From the IMG/VR virus record IMGVR_UViG_3300020473_000020, positions 32,001-96,000 of that record: a stretch of 64,000 bases of DNA; one strand, given 5' to 3'. This document shows, in pieces, positions 1-8,273 of this stretch (position 1 is its first letter; every line of letters starts with the position of its first letter). This DNA is from a virus. Position numbers and translations under genes: made by a program. The notes under the pieces are model-generated. The model saw only the letters and a program-made list of their open reading frames with translations. It was not told where the DNA came from and did no database searches.

Positions 1-448
1 AGTTACCGCCCTTAACTTTTGTATGGTTTACGCCCACAGGTGTGCTCGTTAGGCCAAGCCCATAGTTATCGTGCGTCACTGTACCATCGTCAGTAGCCTC
101 AGCTGCGACATTTAAACCAACAACATCGGTCATCAGCTTAGCAACGTCTTTGCAGGTTTCTGGGCTATCACACTCAATGATGATTGTGTTCTTTAGGCTA
201 GCCACATCGTTCTTTGTGACTGCGCGTGAAACAGACCATGCAATCACGTCAAGGATTGTCACGTAGTGTGAGTCAGTTTCGCGGCTGCCCAAACAGCGCT
301 CAATAACTTCGAAATCCATTGGGCTTCGTGCGTCCTCATCTGATTCTTGACGAACGTCGATTACCTTAAAGTCTGGGAAAGTATTTGTGCCTGTCTCACG
401 CAAGTACATGGCAAGCAGCTCTTCGTTATAGATTGGCTTAATGCTCAT
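1..448 (-). CDS. hypothetical protein, partial (runs off window start)
   Basis: ATG at 448 overlaps the end of the 438..719 ORF; reads MSIKPIYNEELLAMYLRE... with no stop seen before position 1. Confidence 0.6.
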   Translation of the reverse strand, partial: MSIKPIYNEELLAMYLRETGTNTFPDFKVIDVRQESDEDARSPMDFEVIERCLGSRETDSHYVTILDVIAWSVSRAVTKNDVASLKNTIIIECDSPETCKDVAKLMTDVVGLNVAAEATDDGTVTHDNYGLGLTSTPVGVNHTKVKGGN

Positions 449-719
449 TATCGGCCTCTGATTTAATTATTGTTTGCGGTTCCATTGAGTTTAGTAGGTA
501 TTCGATATTCGCACTTTTAAGCAGCGATAAAGCATCTAGGTGCTGTCGTCCAAGGTGGTCGCTGTCGGCCGCATGGACACGACAAGCTACCGTTAATGTC
601 ATCTTCTTCTCTTCGAAAGATAATGCTGTTAACGTCTCGTCGTTAAAGTAACGCTGAATTAGTTCGGCGGCCTTCTTCAAGCTGTCGTCTAATGCACTGT
701 AGCTTATTTTATTATCCAT
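438..719 (-). CDS. hypothetical protein
   Basis: 93 aa ORF downstream of a sigma70-like promoter. Confidence 0.6.
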   Translation of the reverse strand: MDNKISYSALDDSLKKAAELIQRYFNDETLTALSFEEKKMTLTVACRVHAADSDHLGRQHLDALSLLKSANIEYLLNSMEPQTIIKSEADNEH

Positions 720-750
720 ACCATCTAGCTCGGGGTTCCAATTAGGCTTA

Positions 751-778
751 ACTATACACCTAAAACGCTGCGACGCAA
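751..778 (-). promoter_or_regulatory. sigma70-like promoter, TTGCRNYGCAG class
   Basis: minus strand TTGCGT-N16-TATAGT. Confidence 0.5.
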
Positions 779-837
779 GGGTTTTAGTTAATTTTATTGT
801 ACAATGATTTGGGTCTGCACCATTGGGTTCCCATCAC

Positions 838-862
838 AAAAAAGCAGCCCGTAGGCTGCTTT
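838..862 (-). terminator. intrinsic terminator
   Basis: AAAGCAGCC-CGTA-GGCTGCTTT hairpin with T-run, right after ORF 867..1310. Confidence 0.75.
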
Positions 863-866
863 CATA

Positions 867-1310
867 TTAGCGGTCGTAAACAAAGCCATCCGTCGGCTCA
901 AACAGGTAGATGTACTCAAGCTCGCCCGTCTCGACAGGGTTTATGCCCAGCCATTTCTTACTTGGGTCAGGGTCGTGCACAATGACACCACTGCGATCGA
1001 TAATAACCGCATGAGTGACGCCCTCAAAGTTCTTGCTAGGAACCACAGCGTAGAAGTGCCCCTTTACTGCAAAAAGGCTCTGTAGCGCCTCGTAGGTTAG
1101 TTCCTTTTCATCATGAGCGTTGATGACGCCCCCGTACTGGTACTTAGTGTTCGACTCAACCCAATCCATAAAGGGGATATGCCAGCCCGTCTCTTGGAAG
1201 TCTATTGGATTTATTGTCGAATCAAGGTCAGTCTCAAACAGGCTCGCAAGCACAGCCTGCATACAGGTTCCCTTTCCCTTATCTACGATGGTCTGGTTAA
1301 CAGGTATCAT
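867..1310 (-). CDS. putative cysteine-peptidase-like phage protein
   Basis: GTCMQAVLASL / THAVI / VHDPDP suggest a Cys-His-Asp triad. Confidence 0.4.
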   Translation of the reverse strand: MIPVNQTIVDKGKGTCMQAVLASLFETDLDSTINPIDFQETGWHIPFMDWVESNTKYQYGGVINAHDEKELTYEALQSLFAVKGHFYAVVPSKNFEGVTHAVIIDRSGVIVHDPDPSKKWLGINPVETGELEYIYLFEPTDGFVYDR

Positions 1311-1313
1311 GGC

Positions 1314-2267
1314 TTACCCCAACTCGGCGACAATAAGCTGGCCAAAGCGCTCTACCTTCGGGAACACGGCCTGTATCTCTTTCATGTAGCCATCAGTAGG
1401 GCGGTTTAGCTGATACTGGTCATCACCTGTAACCTTACCAACCGACGTTTTATCGCCCTCATGAACAGTGATGAACACCTTGCCGTCTTTGGCCAAGTTC
1501 TTCTTCGCATAGTCGAGCAGGTACTTACGGTTACCCAACTCCTTAATAACGTTCAGCACGTTGCTAATAGTGATTGTATTAACACGTTGCTGTGCAAGGC
1601 TCTGCCTTACTTTTTTATTGTGGTCGTCGCTGCGGTTGTATGGGTCTAAGATTAGGTTCGTTACACCGTGGTTCGACTTTAGTGCCTGTGTCAGTGTATC
1701 AAAGCGCCCGCCGCCTAAGTCTAGATTGCGCGTACCACGTTGCCAGCCGTACTTATTGGCCACAAGTGTGTAAACCTTTGGCGTATTCGCTGAGTTTATC
1801 GACGTGGCCGCTGACGTGTATTTCTGTGCCTCTTCCAACTCAGCTGCTTTTAGTTTCGAACGAAGGTCATTAATCGTTAGTTCGCGGAGTGAGCTGCGCG
1901 GCACTTTTAGAAGTCTTGCTAGCTTAGCAACAAGCTTATTGTACTCTGCAAGGTCTTGGGTTGCTGTCATCCCTCGGTCACCAAATCGGGCTTTCTGCTT
2001 GATGCTATCTACCTTTGCCGCAAGCTTTCGCTGCATGTCGATTTCGTCGGCGCTAAGGAACCCTTGATTGGCTCCCATCAATACAAAATGTGGATTTTTA
2101 TCTTGGAACTTTTCTATGCGGCGTTTTTCGATCTGTCTTAGTCGGTCTAGTATGCGCTCCATACGTTCAAGGTCGGCCTTACCAAGCTTACTTACATCAA
2201 TCTTACGTGAGAGTTCACATAGCGGTAGGTCTGCTGTACTTTCAAGCAGGTCTCGAATAATAGTCAT
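1314..2267 (-). CDS. SAM-dependent methyltransferase-domain protein, possible internal head protein
   Basis: C-terminal NLDLGGGRFD (SAM motif I), LDPYN and SNVLNVI; N-terminal IRDLLE. Confidence 0.65.
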   Translation of the reverse strand: MTIIRDLLESTADLPLCELSRKIDVSKLGKADLERMERILDRLRQIEKRRIEKFQDKNPHFVLMGANQGFLSADEIDMQRKLAAKVDSIKQKARFGDRGMTATQDLAEYNKLVAKLARLLKVPRSSLRELTINDLRSKLKAAELEEAQKYTSAATSINSANTPKVYTLVANKYGWQRGTRNLDLGGGRFDTLTQALKSNHGVTNLILDPYNRSDDHNKKVRQSLAQQRVNTITISNVLNVIKELGNRKYLLDYAKKNLAKDGKVFITVHEGDKTSVGKVTGDDQYQLNRPTDGYMKEIQAVFPKVERFGQLIVAELG

Positions 2268-2417
2268 ATCATGGTCTCAAAAAGTCTCGTTAGGTTACAA
2301 TTGTACAATGTTTCATTGGTGCGTTAAAAGTCACCGTGATATGATGCTTTTGTTGCGGCTAGTACCCGTAGCTTTAATAGACACATAGATATTTAGTTAG
2401 ATAGAAGGTAGTACCTT

Positions 2418-2744
2418 ATGAACCAAGTTAATTTCACATTGAAAACGCGCCGATCTTTACCTGATGGCGTCTCTGAACGAAAAGTCTACGCATGCCGTAG
2501 CTTCGAAATATCTCACGACCTTAACGATAACATTACGCTGGTGGCTCGTGGCCTGTCTGGTACTAATGAAAACGCCGTTATGCGTTTAAGAAGTCATGAC
2601 CACCCAAGTAAAGAAAACTACGAAGAGCTGATCCTTGAGAATATGGCGGGGAAGACCACTGAACGCTTCGTCGCATCACCTTCAATCGACGTAGACCTGC
2701 GTAACAGCCAGAAAGATGCAGACAGGTTACAGCTTAATAGCTAG
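2418..2744 (+). CDS. hypothetical protein
   Basis: 108 aa ORF with GAAGG RBS and downstream terminator. Confidence 0.6.
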   Translation: MNQVNFTLKTRRSLPDGVSERKVYACRSFEISHDLNDNITLVARGLSGTNENAVMRLRSHDHPSKENYEELILENMAGKTTERFVASPSIDVDLRNSQKDADRLQLNS

Positions 2745-2751
2745 GCTTGAG

Positions 2752-2776
2752 AAAAGGCGTCTTCTGACGCCTTTTT
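2752..2776. terminator. bidirectional intrinsic terminator
   Basis: AAAAGGCGTC-TTCT-GACGCCTTTT between convergent ORFs. Confidence 0.8.
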
Positions 2777-2777
2777 A

Positions 2778-3233
2778 TTAGACTTCAATGTCTCGAACTT
2801 CCATAATTTTTGCGGGGTATATGAAGTGCTCAACCTCCCAAACAAGGTAGTCAGCAAACGACGGTTTAGGTGCTAAGAAATAACTAATCGTTTCTTGCAG
2901 GTCGCTTTGCCATCTTAGCAATTCTTTTTCTTTGCCAAATAGCCTGCCTTCGACTTGCTTCTCTGCTAAAATGCGTGCGATGCGGTTCGGTGCATGAATG
3001 AAGTATTTACTCTTGAAGCACGTGTCACTAAAGTAACGCAGGTCATGTCGGTCTCTTACCTGTTTTAACAGGGGCACTATGACCGCGTAGTAATAGTTCG
3101 CGTAGTGCTCAGACGGATCCCAATCATTCTTAATTCTTCCTTGGTACAACAACTCGAAGTCGAGCACGTTGCCCGACATGAACTTAACTATTGTTGGATT
3201 CACTCGGGTTGTCATAATAGCTTCACCTCGCAC
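2778..3233 (-). CDS. hypothetical protein
   Basis: ORF coupled to the GNAT gene; true start probably MTTRVN. Confidence 0.55.
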   Translation of the reverse strand: MRGEAIMTTRVNPTIVKFMSGNVLDFELLYQGRIKNDWDPSEHYANYYYAVIVPLLKQVRDRHDLRYFSDTCFKSKYFIHAPNRIARILAEKQVEGRLFGKEKELLRWQSDLQETISYFLAPKPSFADYLVWEVEHFIYPAKIMEVRDIEV

Positions 3234-3514
3234 TCGTAGTATTCGTCGATAGTCTCACCGACTATATTAAAGCCTTTGCCAGCCCAAAACTTCTTACCAA
3301 CCTTGTTAAACTTAAACACCTCTAGCACAACTAATGGTATCTGCTGCTCTTTGACAATACCTAGAAACTGCTCATATAGCCTCGTACCTACACCTTTCCT
3401 GCGATGACTTGAATTAACAATCAGGTTTTGTACGCGCGCAACGTTGCATTGTTTATCATAGTAACCCCTTAGATAGCTACCGTTCTCCCTCAGCACAATT
3501 TCATGTCGTTTCAT
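3212..3514 (-). CDS. GNAT family N-acetyltransferase
   Basis: VNSSHRRKGVGTRL acetyl-CoA motif A and N-x-x-G-x-x-FW-x-x-x-GF motif B. Confidence 0.8.
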   Translation of the reverse strand: MKRHEIVLRENGSYLRGYYDKQCNVARVQNLIVNSSHRRKGVGTRLYEQFLGIVKEQQIPLVVLEVFKFNKVGKKFWAGKGFNIVGETIDEYYECEVKLL

Positions 3515-3900
3515 AGATTACGGCCTCTTACGCTGGCAGTGCGTAAGTACATTCTAAATGGGTCGGTCTTTACTTTCCGCGTTCTTATATTCTTTGATTT
3601 CTCATGTGCTTCGGCCAGCACAGCTTCGATGTCGGGTGTCTTGCTCACAAAGTGTTGAGCAATCGTTTTACGCCGTACTAGTGTATTCGAATGATGTTTT
3701 GCGAGGTCAGTTCCGTAGCGCGCCTTGGCTGCGACACTTTGCTCGTATAGAGTTCGAAGTTCATCGGTTACTACGTTGTTACCTTCTTGAAGAGTGAGAA
3801 GCATACGCGTACAGCGCGTGATCTTGGCTATTTGATTTTTATTAAAACCAAACGTGGCCTTTATGTGGTATATGGCACGTCGTGCACTTATTTCTGACAT
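3511..3900 (-). CDS. putative HTH-like protein
   Basis: IKATFGFNKNQIAKITRCTR resembles an Xre-type helix-turn-helix. Confidence 0.35.
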   Translation of the reverse strand: MSEISARRAIYHIKATFGFNKNQIAKITRCTRMLLTLQEGNNVVTDELRTLYEQSVAAKARYGTDLAKHHSNTLVRRKTIAQHFVSKTPDIEAVLAEAHEKSKNIRTRKVKTDPFRMYLRTASVRGRNL

Positions 3901-3961
3901 GGTTGTTCACTTTATCTTAGTATCAATTGTGCGAGCCAGTATACCCGCTTAGTTTGCAGTG

Positions 3962-4414
3962 CTACAAGGCGTGACGGCCTTCCGCCATAGCAGTCCTAAA
4001 CTGCTTTTTAAGCCAAAGTGTAAAGGCCGTATCATCACCCCGACGATTGTACGTAGCATTAAGAAAGCTGCGCATCGCCTTTGGGTCGATTGGTGCATTA
4101 AACTGCTCGACTAGGTCAGCTCCTTCTAACTCGTCGCTTTTTACGACTTCAATAGTTAGGGTCATCCCAACGGCGCTAAAGCACCAGCGTACTATGTTCG
4201 GGATTGATTTGAACCAGTTTTGCTGTAGGTTACATTCGTACTGACCACTGTACTTTAGGCAGCTATATATCTTAGGTATAGCGGGTCGATAAGTCCCAAA
4301 CAGATCGAGTAAGTCCTCAGTAACCTCGTATGAGGGCATGGCCTCCTGTCGCGTAATCTTAACTTTCACGTATTCGTCAGCCCATATACCGTAGGGTTGT
4401 TTAAGAGCCAGCAT
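3962..4414 (-). CDS. hypothetical protein
   Basis: 150 aa ORF in a minus-strand operon. Confidence 0.55.
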   Translation of the reverse strand: MLALKQPYGIWADEYVKVKITRQEAMPSYEVTEDLLDLFGTYRPAIPKIYSCLKYSGQYECNLQQNWFKSIPNIVRWCFSAVGMTLTIEVVKSDELEGADLVEQFNAPIDPKAMRSFLNATYNRRGDDTAFTLWLKKQFRTAMAEGRHAL

Positions 4415-4667
4415 TGATTCGCGCCTTCTGGTCGTGAGCAGCCTTTATAAGCTTTAGAACTGGGTAACCTGCTACAACGAACAGAATGAAGCCAAGAAGT
4501 AAGGTTACGGTGTACCATGGGTTATTGTTTTGGTACCACTGCAAGACGGCCACAGTCCCCAAGCTCATAAAACCTATAATGCCTAGCGGGAACACTAGTA
4601 GGAATATGTTTTCTGGGTTATCGCGCCAGTTAAAAAGCTTTCTTATCAGACTCATGTTATCGACCAC
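4401..4667 (-). CDS. small membrane protein (2 TM)
   Basis: two hydrophobic stretches. Confidence 0.55.
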   Translation of the reverse strand: MVDNMSLIRKLFNWRDNPENIFLLVFPLGIIGFMSLGTVAVLQWYQNNNPWYTVTLLLGFILFVVAGYPVLKLIKAAHDQKARINAGS

Positions 4668-4757
4668 CCATAGTTAAAAGTTGCCCAATCGAGTAGGTTG
4701 CATCTAGTATCATTGAAATTACCTTGTATAGGTTATCAGTGTCTCGTTACATACCAG

Positions 4758-4786
4758 ATTGTACAAGCTACACAGCTGCGCCGCAA
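4758..4786 (-). promoter_or_regulatory. sigma70-like promoter overlapping TTGTACAA
   Basis: minus strand TTGCGG-N17-TACAAT; the -10 overlaps the palindrome at 4759-4766. Confidence 0.65.
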
Positions 4787-4872
4787 CGGTTTACGTAAAA
4801 TAGTTCTTGCATTGTAATGACAGTCCCTCTAACATGTTGTACAACGTTTTGACCGATAGACATGGAATAACT

Positions 4873-5160
4873 ATGACCCCAAAGACTTTTTTGGCGTTAA
4901 AGAATAACCCAAAGGTTGATGACCTTAGCTATGAACCTGATAACAGCTCGAAAGAGATTAACCCTGAGACAGGGCACGAGTTCGAAGTAGGATCAATTTA
5001 CTGGGTGTATCTAGCTACGGGCTGGTACCACGATGACGAAGGCAAGCACCTTGTCACAGGTTCAAACTTAGCTGATATTCATGAACAAATGCGTGAGATC
5101 CAGCCTTGTGAGTGTGACCAGTGCCTTAGTCAAAAAGAGCAAAATAAAGACACCCCATGA
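4873..5160 (+). CDS. hypothetical protein
   Basis: start likely MTPKTF after GGAATAACT; C-terminal CxCxxC. Confidence 0.55.
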   Translation: MTPKTFLALKNNPKVDDLSYEPDNSSKEINPETGHEFEVGSIYWVYLATGWYHDDEGKHLVTGSNLADIHEQMREIQPCECDQCLSQKEQNKDTP

Positions 5161-5200
5161 GGGGCGTGAATCTAACCGATAAGAGAGCGTTGTACTACTG

Positions 5201-5593
5201 ATGTCAAAGAAAGACCACCGTAAGCTGGCCGAGCTATATGAGGCCATCCCTGAATTTAATTGCAAAGAGGGTTGTAACGATTGCTGCGGCTGTGTGCCCG
5301 TCACTAATGTGGAAGCTGAGAACGCTGGTATCAGTGCTGGCTTGACGGCAACTAAACTAGGTACCATGGATTGCGTGCACTCGACGCCGAATGGTTGCGC
5401 TATTTATGATGACCGACCATTTATGTGCCGATTATTCGGTACGACTGAAAAAATGAAATGCCCACACGGTTGTAAGCCTGACAAGATGCTGAATGATAAG
5501 CGGGCAGCGAAGCTAACCGAGCGTTACCAAAGCTTAAAGATACCCGCCATTGACGTCAGTGGCGCAATAACTTCATTAGCCAAACAGGCATAA
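5201..5593 (+). CDS. YkgJ-like CxxCxxCC Fe-S/zinc cluster protein
   Basis: CKEGCNDCC, C..., CAIYDDRPFMCRLFG. Confidence 0.8.
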   Translation: MSKKDHRKLAELYEAIPEFNCKEGCNDCCGCVPVTNVEAENAGISAGLTATKLGTMDCVHSTPNGCAIYDDRPFMCRLFGTTEKMKCPHGCKPDKMLNDKRAAKLTERYQSLKIPAIDVSGAITSLAKQA

Positions 5594-5620
5594 CGAAAAG
5601 GGAGCGCTAGGCTCCCTTTC

Positions 5621-5923
5621 TTAATCTACAGCACTACAGGCCGATATAATTATCTCGGCTTTTTCGTCACCGAAGCGAAAACGTATGGTTTCTATTGCTT
5701 CGCGCCAGCGTGACTGGCCATCACCTTTAATTTGATGCTTCCAAGGCTCCCAGTCTTCAACACCTGCTTGTACCTTCTGCTTAGCACCGTGCTCTGACAG
5801 GCCGTAGCCAGTGGCTAGCGCTTCGGCCTCAAATTCAGATAGGTCTGTATAGCGAAAGTCGTCAATTTCTTCATCAAACAGTGCAAGTTTTCCGTTTGGT
5901 TGTTTTACGTAGCGCCAAGGCAT
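5621..5923 (-). CDS. hypothetical protein
   Basis: 100 aa ORF with GGAG RBS. Confidence 0.6.
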   Translation of the reverse strand: MPWRYVKQPNGKLALFDEEIDDFRYTDLSEFEAEALATGYGLSEHGAKQKVQAGVEDWEPWKHQIKGDGQSRWREAIETIRFRFGDEKAEIIISACSAVD

Positions 5924-5933
5924 AATACTGCTC

Positions 5934-6563
5934 CTAATTCTTACCGATTGTTCTGTATTTACTCTGCCAAAAGCACACGAGAGTGCCGCTGATACCTTTT
6001 ACGTAGCTAACGTCGTAGTCTTGGCCAAACGTGTCTGAGAAGTCCTCAGAGTGCCCTGTAGCATAGTAACCAGCCTGACGTTCCCATTGACCAGTATCAA
6101 CCTCTAAGAATGAGAGTGATGCGACTCTGAGCACGTTTTTATTTTCGCGGTTCACGACATGGATCTCAACACGTACGTTTTCAGCGCCGCGCTCTTCGAC
6201 GTGCTTATCGACTAACGTTTTTAAGAAGTCGATGTGTAACTGGCTCTTACGATAGTCGCCACAACGGCCGCACCACGCATTTTCCATATCACCAAGGCTA
6301 TAACTCTTTATGAGACATTTAGGGCAGGCCGTGTGTCTAGGTTCTTGTGCCATAGAAGGGTTCTCATCTTTCTTTAGTTGAAACTTAACAAGATTATTAA
6401 GCTCAGGGTTAGTTAATCCTGTCGCACTATGGATAAGCTCGCCTATGTGCTCTGGGTCTAATTTATAGCCCATTGTAAGGGTGCCAATGCACATGTTTGA
6501 AATATCGGTTAAGGCGGCTAACAATTCGGTTTGGCAGAATTGTCCGTTTACGTGGTCGGTCAT
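5934..6563 (-). CDS. hypothetical protein with zinc-ribbon motif
   Basis: CPKC...CGRC. Confidence 0.55.
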   Translation of the reverse strand: MTDHVNGQFCQTELLAALTDISNMCIGTLTMGYKLDPEHIGELIHSATGLTNPELNNLVKFQLKKDENPSMAQEPRHTACPKCLIKSYSLGDMENAWCGRCGDYRKSQLHIDFLKTLVDKHVEERGAENVRVEIHVVNRENKNVLRVASLSFLEVDTGQWERQAGYYATGHSEDFSDTFGQDYDVSYVKGISGTLVCFWQSKYRTIGKN

Positions 6564-6648
6564 CTTTAGTCTCTATTAATTTATACAATTCAGTAGCTAG
6601 CTTTAGTCTAACTCACAATAAAAAAGCCTGCAATGCAGACTTTTATGA

Positions 6649-6951
6649 CTAGACGATACTGTCTTCCAAGGGCAGCACATCAATGAGGTGTACCTCTCGT
6701 ACTGGGCTGTTCCAAAACCCAAGGCTACAGTCCGCCGTCAGGTGCGGTATGCCATTGTTCTCATAGACGTAGATATAACCATCTTGGTTGCGTGAGATTT
6801 GATGCTCTTCACCCCACGGGTAGTGACCTACGCGGCCAGCCCACGTACCGCCCAGCTCGCCAAAGACAAAGTCATAGAACTGGTCAAGCTCCTTCGATTC
6901 TTTCTCAGGCAACTTGATCTTAAAGGGCAACGTTAAGTCGATACTAGACAT
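6649..6951 (-). CDS. hypothetical protein
   Basis: ORF coupled to 6944..7165. Confidence 0.55.
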   Translation of the reverse strand: MSSIDLTLPFKIKLPEKESKELDQFYDFVFGELGGTWAGRVGHYPWGEEHQISRNQDGYIYVYENNGIPHLTADCSLGFWNSPVREVHLIDVLPLEDSIV

Positions 6952-7165
6952 ACATATCCTTAAATTGGCTGATTGTCATTACACAGCCCGAGCCAACGTC
7001 ATTAGTAAATGAGACGGCACCTGCCTTAATCTCGTTCCCCTCGTCGTCTAAGACGGGCGGTGTTACCGCAGTGACTTTGGCGGTCGGTGTCTTCTTACGC
7101 GTGAAGTCTGTCTTACCCAGAAGCTCTATAAGCTGGTCTTCTTGTTGAATTGGTTCGTTACTCAT
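6944..7165 (-). CDS. hypothetical protein
   Basis: 73 aa ORF with AGGT RBS. Confidence 0.5.
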   Translation of the reverse strand: MSNEPIQQEDQLIELLGKTDFTRKKTPTAKVTAVTPPVLDDEGNEIKAGAVSFTNDVGSGCVMTISQFKDMYV

Positions 7166-7184
7166 CGTTACTACCTATTTAGCT

Positions 7185-7460
7185 TTAATCGTTGTACATG
7201 ATGTACTCGCCTACACGGCAAGAAACTGGTTTACCATCTTCTGTCAGGGCATTTACGGCCATACCTTTGCGTGAGTAATTAGCGCGGTACACTAGCTGAT
7301 CATGAACGCAGACGGGCTTCCAATCTTCGCTACTTGAACCCAGCTCTGAAAGCTCTTTCTCATAATGTAATCCATAGGCACACGCTGCAACACCTACGGC
7401 AATAAACAACAGCACTCGTCCGCTCATATAAATACTCATCTTAGTTCGATTAGAAGCCAC
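7185..7460 (-). CDS. membrane-anchored hypothetical protein
   Basis: N-terminal hydrophobic segment. Confidence 0.5.
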   Translation of the reverse strand: MASNRTKMSIYMSGRVLLFIAVGVAACAYGLHYEKELSELGSSSEDWKPVCVHDQLVYRANYSRKGMAVNALTEDGKPVSCRVGEYIMYND

Positions 7461-7543
7461 ACTTTACCTGATGAGGTTTGCAGCCACAATGCTTAGGTCG
7501 TTGTACAAAGAACTTATCTAACGTCTTTGTATCGAAAAAGGGG

Positions 7544-7634
7544 TGGGCACATGCTGGATTTGAACCAGCGACCTCCTACCGTAGTAGACGCTCCTTCCAC
7601 ATGGTTGATCAAGCCAATCTGAGCTAATGCACCC
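7544..7634 (-). ncRNA. tRNA-like RNA lacking a canonical anticodon loop
   Basis: acceptor GGGTGCAT/ATGTGCCC; TA-GCTC...GAGC D-stem; T-arm GCTGG-TTCAAAT-CCAGC; anticodon arm TCTAC-TACG-GTAGG has a 4-nt loop; enlarged D-loop; own promoter and downstream T-run. Confidence 0.75.
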
Positions 7635-7647
7635 TTTGTTTCGTTGT

Positions 7648-7676
7648 ACAATACTTTATAAGTTGCTGCGGTGCAA
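7648..7676 (-). promoter_or_regulatory. promoter of the tRNA-like RNA
   Basis: minus strand TTGCAC-N17-TATTGT overlapping TTGTACAA at 7644-7651. Confidence 0.65.
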
Positions 7677-7756
7677 CTACTTTAGTAAATTTTTTTACGT
7701 AGTTTGTATATGAGCGCTTTATGACTGTTTTATCCATCGCTCATAATCGGTAATCA

Positions 7757-8200
7757 TTAATCTTTTACTGATTTAACTCGGGGCACAAAGCGTTCAGAGT
7801 CATCCTCTAAGCCATCATAATCAACCCAGTCAATAAGCAGCTGCTCGTTACGATCAATAAACAGTCGGGCAGCCTTTAGGTATTTCGCAGGCACATCAGA
7901 CTCGGCCTTGTAAAAGCTACCCTTAACACGGAACCACTTACCCTTCGTTGAGCCTTTTATACCCATTGAGAAAGCTTTATCACTGGCACCCCAAGCTTTG
8001 CCTACTGAGACCTTTATGCGATAGGGGCTGTGCTTGCCACGGTCGTCGGCTCTACCTGCATAAATAACAACGCCGTCTATACCAGTACGCTTTGGCGACA
8101 AATTTGCCATTTCTGACATGTCGTAGACTTCAATTGAATCTAGGCAAACTGGCTCGTCTACATTGGCCAACAATTTACCTGCTCTTGATTCCGTACTCAT
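7757..8200 (-). CDS. hypothetical protein (DUF4160-like, possible internal head protein)
   Basis: EMANLSPKRTGI...H...RIKV pattern, which I recall from T4-like phage proteins. Confidence 0.45.
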   Translation of the reverse strand: MSTESRAGKLLANVDEPVCLDSIEVYDMSEMANLSPKRTGIDGVVIYAGRADDRGKHSPYRIKVSVGKAWGASDKAFSMGIKGSTKGKWFRVKGSFYKAESDVPAKYLKAARLFIDRNEQLLIDWVDYDGLEDDSERFVPRVKSVKD

Positions 8201-8234
8201 AACAAAACCATCCTATATCTCTGTACTTCGTTGT

Positions 8235-8263
8235 ACAATACTTTGTAATCGGCTGCAATGCAA
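8235..8263 (-). promoter_or_regulatory. sigma70-like promoter overlapping TTGTACAA
   Basis: minus strand TTGCAT-N17-TATTGT; near copy of the 7648-7676 promoter. Confidence 0.65.
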
Positions 8264-8273
8264 CCGATTTTGA

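Noticed and set aside
7544-7634. Canonical decoding tRNA
   Set aside because: The anticodon arm is 14 nt with a 4-nt loop, so no anticodon can be assigned; the D-loop is oversized
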